Positions 12,616-24,475 of a stretch of 64,000 nt of DNA are shown here, piece after piece. The position numbers were made by a program, and so were the translations under genes. The DNA comes from Hormiphora californensis. Its lineage: Eukaryota; Animalia; Ctenophora. The stretch lies in assembly GCA_020137815.1 (NCBI GenBank), contig CM035353.1, positions 3,348,001-3,412,000 of the forward strand, in the 5' to 3' direction. The first letter of the stretch is position 1. Every line of letters begins with the position of its first letter. The notes below the pieces were generated by a model, which worked only from the letters and a program-made list of their open reading frames with translations, was not told the DNA's origin and made no database searches.

Positions 12616-15600
12616 AGGCCTAGTGTGTCCAGGTTGGACGCTCGAAACCAGGCCATGTCCACTTGGTCTTTGTTATACATCATACATATTATGTCTACTT
12701 CTCCCTGGTCCGTATACCAAATCGACCAACCGTCCTTCTATCCTCATTTTAGTTATTTATTAACTATCCTAAAAGCATTCAGGTAGTTTTATATTATTAA
12801 AGTCGGATTTTTTGAAGTTGTCACCCCCTGGGTGGCGCGCGATGTTTTATTTGCGCGTCGGAAACTTGTTTTGGCGGTTTTTTGGCTCTCACGCCTTTGT
12901 TTCTTGGCCGATTTCGTCGGTCAAAAGTTTTACGGACTCACAAAATTATTCTCTTTCCGGTGATATGCGGTTTTATGCTGAAGAGTGAGAGCAAGTGGGG
13001 GCTGTCACGCGCAAATACGACGCCGCGCGTGAAAAGGGGGGTGACAGTTTCAAAAAATCCGACTTTATATTACCGCCACATCTGAACACTCGGGCTGCTC
13101 GTCTGGGCACTTGAAACGTTCCTTGCGGACACTCGTTTGAGTGGGACTCAGTATTCGACACGTTTTATTCACGTGGCGAACTAAACAATGGTAGCCCACG
13201 TTGGGAACTGAATCCCAGAACTCCAGTAGTTAAGACAAAGGTACTATTATAGTCATGCTATTGTTCCACACACCTGGTAAGAACAGTATGTCCCTTCTCC
13301 GTGGCTGTTCGTCCTTGCGTCTATATCGCATCTAAATAATATGATAAATTGTCCCTTGTGCCACCGGCACACATCCTGCAATTTGTATGGAACCGTACAT
13401 TAAGTGTTAGTTAATTTAATCGATAACAAGTAACATTATAATTATTACTAGAATGGCGTGTATATTATTTCTTGTAAATGATAAACATGCCATTTTCGGG
13501 TCCTGAGACGAAGTCAGTGCTTGACATTCAGTTTGAAACATACATAAGTTCCGCAATCCGTCTCCACCTTCCTGAAAAATAAGGGTGTTAAACTTTTAAC
13601 AACGCATATATTGTCATAAAACAATTAAATAATATCCGCTCCAAAAACCCGTGGTGTCATTTTCCAGCCCTCTTGCTCCGCCAGGTGTCTATGTTACCAA
13701 CTTGCTCCCAGCATTATTCCCTCTACCAGCTTCTACCACTGAGGCGCGAGTATTCTAAGAAGATATACCAATTGATAGAACAAGTTCTAAGTACTATTAA
13801 CTTACATATGTGCATCCTAGCTGTATGGCACCCGAGGTATTTCCGGCGGTCCGTATTATTAGGCCTAGCGTGTCCAGGTTGGACGCTCGAAACCAGGCCA
13901 TGTCCACTTGGTCTTTGTTGTATATCATACATATTATGTCTACTTCTCCCTGGTCCGTATACCAAATCGACCAACCGTCCTTCTATCCTCATCTATCCAA
14001 GCTTGGTCTTTGTTAGGGCGTCCGGAGGGGAAGGGCTTCAGCGGTGCTCGTGGTTCGGACCTTTGGTTCTCTCTGAAACACATATCACATGTTGAGCAGA
14101 ACACATATTTTTTTCTTAAAATTGTATTTTTTCCCTTTTCAGCCACAAGGCTATAACTTAAATGTTTCTATTGCCACAAGGCGGTGGCCGAGGACGCCCT
14201 CACCGCCCTGGGGCGGCCTCCTCCGCCTTGTTACGTCCTTTATCCTTGAATAAATTAATCTCTAACAAAGTTTCTATCAAATTCTATAGTTCAGCAAAAG
14301 AGGTCTGTTTACAAGGTCCAATTCTTGTAGCCGTGCCATGGGGGAAACAGTTGTGCCTGAACCTCAGGTTCAGGCACGACTGTTTCCCCCAATGGTAGTA
14401 ATAAATTGGGGGTATTTTTCTCTGATCAAACAGAGGCACTTTCTCCTTAGTTTCGCACCTTCCTCACTCCAATGTTGAATTTTATCTTAAAGCAGACATA
14501 TGTTCCATCATCCGTTTCTACTTTCAAGTAGGTCCTGAATTGAGGGTCATGGTTCTCTCCCTCCTGCAATCACGACATATTATCTCCACGTAGTTTTACC
14601 TCAGGTTCAGGCACGACTGTTCCCCCCCCCCCATTATAGTTCTCCTTATTGCCGCGGAGAAGCTTCTAAACTAAACTATATTCTTATACATATTATATCT
14701 CTCCTAACGAGTAATTCACTCAAAATGTAACTTTCAGTCTTTTTTTCGATCCCTAGTTCCATCAAAACTCTAAGGTGAACCCAATGACTACAATAAGAGT
14801 CAACATGCACTTTTTGCATGTCCATTGAAAAATTTTCAATGAAAATGCCGGAACTCAGTTGCAGTTGCAGTATTAGAATGCGGGTTTTGATTATCATTAC
14901 TTCTAAGCAGATGTAACATGTTATTGCTAGAGGACGTTCATCAATATCGGGGTGAGACATCCAGTCCACCCTATCCTATGCTTGAGGTTGAGTTTGAAAC
15001 AAATTTAACGTCCAGAATCCGTCTCCATCTTCCTGAAAAATAAGAGTGTTAAATAAATGTTTAATAACGCATATTGTCATAAAACGATAAAGGCGCGAGT
15101 GTTCTAAGAAGATATACCAATTGATAGAACAAGTCCAGATTAAATACTATACTAAGTACTATAAACTCTAATACATATTATGTGCATCCTAGTTGTATGG
15201 TACTCGAGGTGTTTTCCGTATTCCAGTCCGTATTATTAGGCCTAGTGTGTCCAAGTTGGACGCTCGAAACCGGGCCATGTCCACTTGGTCTTTGTTATAC
15301 ATCATACATATTATGTCTACTTCTCCCTGGTCCGTATACCAAATCGACCAACCGTCCTTCTATCCTCATTTTAGTTATTTATTAACTATCCTAAAAGCAT
15401 TCAGGTAGTTTTATATTATTAAAGTCGGATTTTTTGAAGTTGTCACCCCCTGGGTGGCGCGCGATGTTTTATTTGCGCGTCGGAAACTTGTTTTGGCGGT
15501 TTTTTGGCTCTCACGCCTTTGTTTCTTGGCCGATTTCGTCGGTCAAAAGTTTTACGGACTCACAAAATTATTCTCTTTCCGGTGATATGCGGTTTTATGC

Positions 15601-16420
15601 TGAAGAGTGAGAGCAAGTGGGGGCTGTCACGCGCAAATACGACGCCGCGCGTGAAAAGGGGGGTGACAGTTTCAAAAAATCCGACTTTATATTACCGCCA
15701 CATCTGAACACTCGGGCTGCTCGTCTGGGCACTTGAAACGTTCCTTGCGGACACTCGTTTGAGTGGGACTCAGTATTCGACACGTTTTATTCACGTGGCG
15801 AACTAAACAATGGTAGCCCACGTTGGGAACTGAATCCCAGAACTCCAGTAGTTAAGACAAAGGTACTATTATAGTCATGCTATTGTTCCACACACCTGGT
15901 AAGAACAGTATGTCCCTTCTCCGTGGCTGTTCGTCCTTGCGTCTATATCGCATCTAAATAATATGATAAATTGTCCCTTGTGCCACCGGCACACATCCTG
16001 CAATTTGTATGGAACCGTACATTAAGTGTTAGTTAATTTAATCGATAACAAGTAACATTATAATTATTACTAGAATGGCGTGTATATTATTTCTTGTAAA
16101 TGATAAACATGCCATTTTCGGGTCCTGAGACGAAGTCAGTGCTTGACATTCAGTTTGAAACATACATAAGTTCCGGAATCCGTCTCCACCTTCCTGAAAA
16201 ATAAGGGTGTTAAACTTTTAATAACGCATATATTGTCATAAAACAATTAAATAATATCCGCTCCAAAAACCCGTGGTGTCATTTTCCAGCCCTCTTGCTC
16301 CGCCAGGTGTCTATGTTACCAACTTGCTCCCAGCATTATTCCCTCTACCAGCTTCTACCACTGAGGCGCGAGTATTCTGAGAAGATATACTTAATTTATA
16401 GAACAAGTTTTAAGTACTAT
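12616..16420. repeat. Tandem segmental duplication, period 2622 bp
   Basis: 12616-~13800 is nearly identical to 15238-~16420 (identical ORFs at 12882 and 15504). Further partial copies of the unit lie at ~6680-6860 and 8420-9400. Confidence 0.9.
12798..13067. mobile_element. TIR MITE (TAAAGTCGGATTTTTTGAAGTTGTCACCCC family)
   Basis: ~30-bp TIRs; other copies at 15420-15689 and ~58788-58943, plus a one-ended copy at ~60133. Confidence 0.8.
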
Positions 16421-18141
16421 TAACTCTAATATTTAAATTTGACTGGTAGTCATCAACTTGGCTAGGCTCTTCATTTATAGGCATCTGTCAGGTCCTTGAC
16501 CTTGGATAGTTCTTCGTTGATGCTCATCTCTGTAGTAGCAGGTTCTCCATTCTGGTCACAGCACCATTTGTAGGGTTTGCCGGGCCTGCTCGTACACAGC
16601 GGTAGACCTTGCGTTGTTGTAGTCAGATGAGAACGAGTATTTTAGGTGTCGTGGTTGGAACTGCCCACGGAAAGATAAAACATGATATAGAACTCCGCCC
16701 GCCAACCAAACTAATACGCTTTGAATATATTCCAAAAACGTTAAAACAGAAAATAAGTGTGCTAAACAAACAGGAAAATGTATAAAAAGATGCAGAAAAG
16801 AAATATTAATAGAAAAATGAAAATATTACAGAAAATGATAATGCTGAGATTAAAATAGTGAAACAAAAAATAATGTAATTTTGAATCAGATCTAAGCAGA
16901 AAAAAAAGTAGAAAAAAACAGAAAAGAAAGATTGAAAGAAAAATGAGAAAAAGAAAGAAAATATTACAGAGGTAAAAAATCAGACAGGGTAAAATCGACG
17001 CGATACTTACCAAAATGATATGGCCACTTCTCTCTGTGTCCTTGTCCCTTGTTCTCGGTCTTATCCTGGATTTCAGTGACATGCGGAAGGCAACGTATGT
17101 ATCTAGATCCGTATCAACCTGAAGATAGGTTGTTTGCTTCTTCATTATGGCAATTCCTCCGTAATTGTTACAGGAGTGGTGTGCAACCTTGTAAATCCAT
17201 TTCTCTCTCTATCAATCATCCGATATATCGATCATCCGATTTTTGCACGCTCCAATATCACACCACTTTCTCCCTCTCTCATGCTCTCACAAGTGATATA
17301 CAACATATATATATAACATAATAAGGAGTTTGCGGAGTGGCATTGTGAGAGCGAAAGAAAAGTTAGATTACCGTATTTATTTAACTCTCTTCCGAGGTGG
17401 TGACGCTCTATAGCGAGGGTAGTTGAGGAGCGATGGCAGTGTCAGCTGAGCTGGGTTTGGGGCTCCTCAAAGTGTATATCCATCTTAGTGAAACAGTAAA
17501 GCTTTCTAAAACCGCAAACTAAAAACTTTCTAAAACCCAATTAATATAATATCGGATTACCAGTACTGTTTAAAAACATGAGCGTCTTAATCGCATCTAA
17601 ATAATATGATAAATTGTCCCTTGTGCCACCGGCACAAGCTGAGCTGGGTTTCCGTGCTCGGGCTCCTCAAAGTGTATCTTGGTGAAATTCATTGTTGGGG
17701 TGTAATTGAAGTTATCCTGAGCTGGTTGTAGCTTGGAGGGAGCAATGATTGTGGTTGATAGTGGAGTGGTTTCATCTAATTACCGTAAAAGAGTCCTGGC
17801 AGCCTTTATCCGGCCCTCACTCTCGGGGAAATCCCCCATCTATATATATATCTACATCCCCCATCTATAGCAGGCGCCCGATGCTCTTTTTCTTTTTGAA
17901 GGGAAGTCATCCTCATTGGAACTCCAGAAGTTGTAGCTCGAGCTCTTCTATACCAATGCTCGTACGAGGCTGGTTCGAATCATAGTTTCGTTATCAGCGG
18001 GATAACTTTGTGTTCCTCGGTCTGTGGTTCCAGGTCTGCGGGTTTCTTCTAGCAGAGAAACCTCCTCGGAAACCGTGATGCTTTCCAGGGAGGGGGCGGG
18101 GTGATATTCGCCTCCAGGATAGTGGTTTCTGGATGGCTTTA

Positions 18142-18642
18142 GGACTGTAACTCACCTGGACAGTAACTCGAAAGTGAGTTATTGTCCAAAAATTGGCGTC
18201 GACTTTTTTTTCTGGTGACTTTCTGTCCGCATTATTTTCGACTTTTTGCTAGGACAAAAAGTCGATAGCTAGGACAAAATCTCGAAATTTAAACTCACCT
18301 AGGTGAGTTATGCGGACACTAACTCGAATTTTGTTTCGAGTTGGCGGACAGAAACTCACTTGCTAAAACTACGAAAATGTCGAAAATTCTGGTGACATTT
18401 TCATTTTTCATGGTAGGTGAGTTTCTGTCCGGCCAATGAAATATGTTTCCAAACAGAATTTTTGAGTTTTTTTGTGCTAGCTATCATTATTACAAGTGAA
18501 ACAAGTTGTGTGGTTGACATAAATACACTGTAAAACCCATCTCCCATCCCTTTCTATATCTCCCTTCATCTCTCTCTTTCCCTCTCTCTATCTCTACCTC
18601 CCTTCCTCTCTCTTTCTCTCTCTCTCTCTTTCTCTCTCTCAC

Positions 18643-18701
<59 letters not shown>

Positions 18702-19795
18702 TTCCCTCTTTCCCTCTCTCCGTGCTGCTATTCAGAAACCTAGAAAATCCAAAATCCGTCAACAGAGAAGATGATGAGGAGTCACAGCTGATATTATAGG
18801 ATCGGACTGGACTCAGTAGAGAAAAGTCTTGAGTCGTAGTTGCATAGTGGGTATGGTGTCGATAAGGAGAAAGGATCCACAATCAGTAGGTCTTGCTGTG
18901 ATAAATTATCGAGGATACGTGGGTAGCTAGGCTGGTCGGGAACAGATTGGAGAGGAGAAAAACCACTGCAAGTGATGAACAGCTCTCGTTGTCTCTCCAT
19001 CTCTCTTCCTCTCTCTTTGTCTCTCCATCTCTCTTCCTCTCTCTCTTTGAATGGTGTGATAGATTATCGAGTGAAGGATAGGTGAGTCACTGAGTAGGAG
19101 AGCAGCTGCAGTCTGCAGCTAGGCTGGTTGGGAACAGATTGGAGAGGAGATATAGACCACTGCAGCAGGTGATGAACGATGACTCATTGGATGAGAGATC
19201 CGAGATCCATGATGGGAATTAAGCCCGGGAGCTAGAGAGACAAAGAGAAGCAGAGCTCAACCAATGTATGAGTGAACAACGAGAACTGAACTAGCCCGCC
19301 CTTTCTCCCCTCTCTCTCTCTGTCAGGATCTCTCTACAACTTTGCATCCCTCTCTCTGCCAACGACGCCGCCATGTCTTCCCGCCTTTTTCTCTCTGTAC
19401 ATGAAGTGAGTTCTAGTCCGGACAGAAAATCGAAATTCGATATTTAAGCGGACAAAAACTCACATATTTGCCCGCCCTTTCCCTGTCACCCTTGTTCCCC
19501 CTCTCTACCGAAAGTGAGTTGTAGTCCGAATTTGTGAGTTTAGAGGGCGGACAAAAAGTCGAATTTCGACATTTTTAGCGGACAGAAACTCACCTTGACC
19601 CACACAACTCGAACAGGTGAGTTAGTGTCCGCCCGGACTCTAACTCACCGTAAATAGTGCTAAACAGTGGGGCGGACAGAAAGTCACCTGATCCGGACTA
19701 TAACTCACCTAAATTCGACATTTTCAAAAGTGAGTTATAGTCCGAAATTTTCGAGTTCGAGTTCGAGTTATCGTCCGTTCGAGTTTCTGTCCGGT
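18142..19795. mobile_element. Non-autonomous DNA element with subterminal arrays of GGACAGAAACTCAC-like motifs and an internal CT microsatellite
   Basis: Many ggacaRaaactc/gagtttctgtcc motifs in both orientations cluster at both ends. Exact termini and TSD not resolved. Confidence 0.55.
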
Positions 19796-21196
19796 ACCCT
19801 TCTGGATCTGGGTCCTCCGAATGTATAGTCATCCTCGTGAAGTCCATGTGTAGAAAGATCTTGGTGTACCGTGTAGGTTGTACAGGAGTGGTAACGATTG
19901 TGGTTGAGATCATTGCAGTCGAATGCTGGTTCTTTTATACTCAGCAGGCTGGAGTGGTTTCATCCAATTACCGCGTGTGTCTTCCAAAATGATTATAAAT
20001 GAACATTATAATAGAGTTAACTCGACCGTCAAGCAATAATTAGAACAGATCTAAGTAACATTCTTACTTGTATATACATATTTATAATATGAATGTCTCT
20101 TATATCACATTTTACAATATTTCTAAAAAGTGCCTAAATAAGTATAGAGAGTTTAAGTGTTATTTTTCTGATAACATGCATTGATTTCTCATGATTTCCA
20201 GGATAGTTGTCCCATAACCAATTCTTATGCTTCAACTGGTATTTTATTTTCATAATTCCTGTGTCGAATAGTTATCACAGCTGCTTGTTCACTCTTTCTA
20301 TTCGATACACCCCATTGTATTAATCTGTCAGTTGGTTGGAGGACACACGCACGTCTCTTCAAGCATTTTGAAGCGCTTGCAGACATCACATGAAGTGAAC
20401 GCTTTCCTGCTCCGAGGTTTGTTAGTTTCCAAAAAGTCTTGGTAAATTCTGTGTATTGGAATGATATCTAATATATCTCCTTTTTCAGGGATGTAAAGGG
20501 CCTCAGGGAAATTCGGAATCTGACTTTTGTGAGCCAGAAACCAATTTCAGTATATATATATATATATGGAGGGAGGGTATGAATTGTGCACGCCTAAATG
20601 TGGAGGTGGGGCCAGGCTCTTGGTATAGAGCCGCTAGATCGGTTATTCGGTATATTCATTACCCATGATTTGTTTGAGAATGAGGGTAGTATAAATGGGG
20701 TATAGATGATATTATGTAACTTTCAGTAAAAGAACAAAGGTAAAGCTCAAGTAATTCCAAACTCGAAACTAAACGTTAAATGTAAAGAAGGTCGGTGGGT
20801 ATCTTGCGTCGTTTCGGTCTCCAAAAGTTTCTCCTCAAGGTTCCTCGCTTCAACCTTATAAAGGTGGCTCGGCTGGTCCTCACGAGACTCTGCTAGTCCA
20901 ATCAGATCCAATCTTCCTTGCAGTCGTAGTGTAGTAGGCAAATCTGTACGATGTCTTTATGGTCCTAGTTGCATGTGTTGTCCTCTCTCCAGGCACTATA
21001 GGCAGTTTCATTTCACGGTTCAGCCCCATCACTCTAACTAATACAATATATAATATAACACTAGTAAATAAGTCTCTGGGGTCCCTCCCGCATCACACCG
21101 ATCCCAAGGGCCACGAGGGCTATGGATCCCATCGCCACATCCTCCCCCTTCCCGGAAGAACAGAGGGCCCAGAGGAGGCACTGTTTGGAATTTTAC

Positions 21197-21310
21197 TTCC
21201 CTAGCTTCCTCAGTTTTTCTCCAAACTCCATGATGGATTCGCCCGGTTCTTGTTTCGCTTTCTGAAGCTTCAGCCGAGCGATTAGTTTGCTCTCCTTGCT
21301 CAGCGACTGT
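21197..21310 (-). pseudogene. Retrotransposon Gag fragment
   Basis: Minus-strand translation QSLSKESKLIARLKLQKAKQEPGESIMEFGEKLRKLGK* matches the Q-x3-E-S-[IV]-x2-[FY]-x2-[RK]-L motif of Ty3/gypsy-type Gag. The 3' part is repeated at 36784-36857. Confidence 0.6.
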
Positions 21311-22683
21311 ATGAGGGGGATGACTTTATTGTTGCCGGTGCCTGCCTTCGAGGTCTCCTGGATTTAGGGCTAGCCGGGCTCCTTGGTTTGGGACTCTTAG
21401 CCGGCGGTCTGCTTGGACCGGTGTTGTCCCTGTGCACCTGGTCTTTGTGAGGGAATCCTAGCTCCTATAGGCGTATCTGTGGAGGGTGTTTATTGTCCTG
21501 TTGATACACCGCGGGTAGTATCACCGGGAGGGGAGAATTCTGTAATTATTATAGTGCTTGACGTATCGGTTCAGTTGATTCCCAGAGCAGGGTTTTGGCG
21601 GCTTGTTTAGTCCCCGCCGACAGGGTTATGAATTGGTCTACCTCATGTCTGATGGCTCGTTTCCGGTGGGTTTTTTCTAAGTACAGCGTTCTGCTACGCA
21701 ATGGTATGGAGTCCATTCTGTTTAGTTGGTAGAACATGTCAAAAGTGCGAAAAACAACTTTACAGCTTTTTAATCACATAATTATAAGCTATTTAATCAC
21801 ATAAATATTTTGATGAAGGAGCAGTGTGTCCTAACAACACGCTGAACAAACGACCACGACTTAGACGTAACACTTACCAGTATTATCGTATCCCGTGTGA
21901 GCTGAATCCTTCACAGTCTCCTTGATAACGGCTTCAACCGTGGTCTTAAGTAGAGTTTGAAACAGACGAAAACGCCACCGCCCTAGTAAAGGTCGCGCGG
22001 GCAATTATGGTGAAAATTGGCCAATCTACAAACATTAATTCGCGAATCCTCAACAATATTGGCCAATCTTCGCTGGATGCGCAAATAGATTGGCCAATCT
22101 TCGCTGGCCATGGCTGAATTTCACAGCTGTTTCGCGCGCACACAACCCAAGATAACTGGTTTCGCGCCCCACGTCTATGCCACTCGATGCTCGCCAAATC
22201 TCCCGGTAAGGGATCAGCCGGTAAGGGATCAGCTGCAGCCGATGATGCTATTTGAATAATGTTACTTTGCTGGCAACATGCTTCCAATGAGATTCAATAA
22301 CATGCAGCAATGTGAATTGAGATGATCCAATTATGAAATGTTACTTTTCGGTAATCTGGTACAGTCTTATCGGTGCAGTGATACTATACTGATTTGAAAA
22401 GTAGACACCAAGAGGATTGCAGAACACCCGGAATTTTGATTTTAGCATAACGGGAACCATTTCCTCCCCATGGCGCCCCTTTTAGGGACCAAAACAAGGT
22501 CAGGGCCAGAGGGTACTCGCGACACACGGTCCACGGTCTCTGCGCCCCCAGCGACTCTCTCGACAGACACAAATTGGGTCGAGGAGAGTTAAAACTTCCT
22601 CAGAAATATTCAGGTGTTTTGGAATGACCGATGTGAAAATTCAATTATATGATATATATACCAACTAAAATTTAAAATTACAA

Positions 22684-22765
22684 GAGCGGATTTGGCTCAG
22701 TTGATAGCAGGTTGTTTGTCACCCTCAGGGCGTCGGGTTCGAGACCAGAGCATCGACCCTTTTTC
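22684..22765 (+). ncRNA. tRNA-derived SINE head or tRNA pseudogene
   Basis: A-box-like TGGCTCAGTTG (22693), B-box GGTTCGAGACC (22736), T-run at ~22760; no convincing acceptor stem. Confidence 0.5.
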
Positions 22766-24475
22766 CATATTTTTTAAAAACATTTTTGAAATTGGCACAG
22801 TAGAATGAACTGCCCCATTTTCCAAAATTTGGGGGAAAAAACTTATATGAATTTATTTAAAAAAAACCACCGTTTAAACCCGGGATAATCGTTCCGGGAT
22901 TAAAAAGGAGGGGAAAAGAGAGAAGCGAGAGAAGGGAGAGGAGGCGGAAAGAGAGAAAAGCGGAGAGGAGAAAAAAGAGAGAGAAAGGAGGATAAAGAAA
23001 AGAGGGGAGGGGAAGGGGCAGAGAGAGGGGGCAGCCCACAAGGGGGGCGGGAACAGAATCAACCGGAGCGCGCCCCGTCTCTCCTCCCCTTCCCCCCAAG
23101 GGAACCCAAAAATTTTTTTTAAAAACAGCTGCACATGCAGCAGACTACATTCACGTTTAGATCACAAACCATCCCTTTAATTTTACAGATAAAAATCAAA
23201 TACAAAACACGTCTCTCTCATTTTCTGGTGGTATTGGATAGGATTTTTTACCCCACAGGAATGGGCAAACTTGAATTAGTCAGATATTGTATTAAAAACG
23301 TAGTACACAACGTTAGAAATTGAAATGTAAAAACAACGTCTTGTCCATCGATCGTCTCCTTGGCCCTTCCCAAGGGCCCTTTTTCAAAAAAGGGGGGGGG
23401 GGGGGAAAAAAGGGAAAAAACGGGGCCCAAAAAAAGGGAGGGGAAAAAAAAAAAAAAAAAAAAAACCAAAAAAAAAAACAACCCCGAAAAACGGGGAAAA
23501 AAGGTAACCAAAAGAATTAAAAAAAATAAAATCCCATGGTTAAAAAGGGGAAAAGGGGAAAAAACACCTGAAAGAGGGAAAAAAAAAAAACAAAGCAAGG
23601 GGGGAAAAAGTTTTGAGAGGGGGCCGGGAAAAGGGGAAAGAGGAAGGAGAGAGAGAGAGGAAAAAAAAAAAAAAGAAAGAAAAAAAAAAAAGCAAAAAAC
23701 TAAAAAAGAAAAAAGAAAAAAAGATGAGAAAAAAAAAAAATCCCCAACTAAAAAAAAGAAAAAAGGCCCCCGGAAAAAAAAGCCCCCTGAAAAAAAAAAA
23801 AAAATGAGGGAGAAAAAAAGGGGAAAAAAAGCCCAGAAAAAAAAGAAAAAAGAGGAAGAGAATGGAAAGAGCGGGGAAAGGAAGGGGAAAAAAAGAAAAG
23901 GGGAGAGGGCGCCCGAAAAAGGAAAAGATGAGAAAAGTAGAAAAGAGAGTGCGAGAGAGGGAGAGGAAAAAGGAGAGAGAGGGGGGGGGGAGAGGGGGGG
24001 GGGGGGGCGGGCGGGGGGGGGGGGGGGGGCGGGGGGGGGCGGGCGGGGGGGGGGGCCCCGGGGCGGTGGGGAAAAGAAAGGGGGGGGAGGGAGAGGGAGG
24101 AAGAGGGGGGAGGGGAGAGGGGAGAAAAAGGCCCAAAAAGGGGAGAGAGAGGGGAGGAAGGGGGGGAGAGGGGAGAAAGGGGAGAGGAGGGGAGAGGGGG
24201 AGAGGGGGAAGAGAGAGAGAGAGGGGAGAAAAAGAGAGAGGGAGAGAGAGATTGGGGGGTCCCTTCTCTCTCTTCCTCTGGTCTCTAACCTCTCTCTCTC
24301 TCCTTCTCTCTCTTGGAGACTCTCCTTTAAATTGCTAATCTGAGCTGATCAGATCAGCTGTATACTATTGTGACAACTAAATCGTGTTTTTACCACGATA
24401 GTTCGTCACAATAGTATACAGCTGATCCCTCGCTTGCCTACACGATATAGAATAGGCAAGCGAGGTTGCCAATAC

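Noticed and set aside
22684-22760. Functional tRNA gene
   Set aside because: A/B boxes are present but acceptor and anticodon stems do not pair convincingly.
23360-24343. 327-aa Lys/Gly-rich ORF
   Set aside because: Low-complexity purine tract that looks like noisy sequence.
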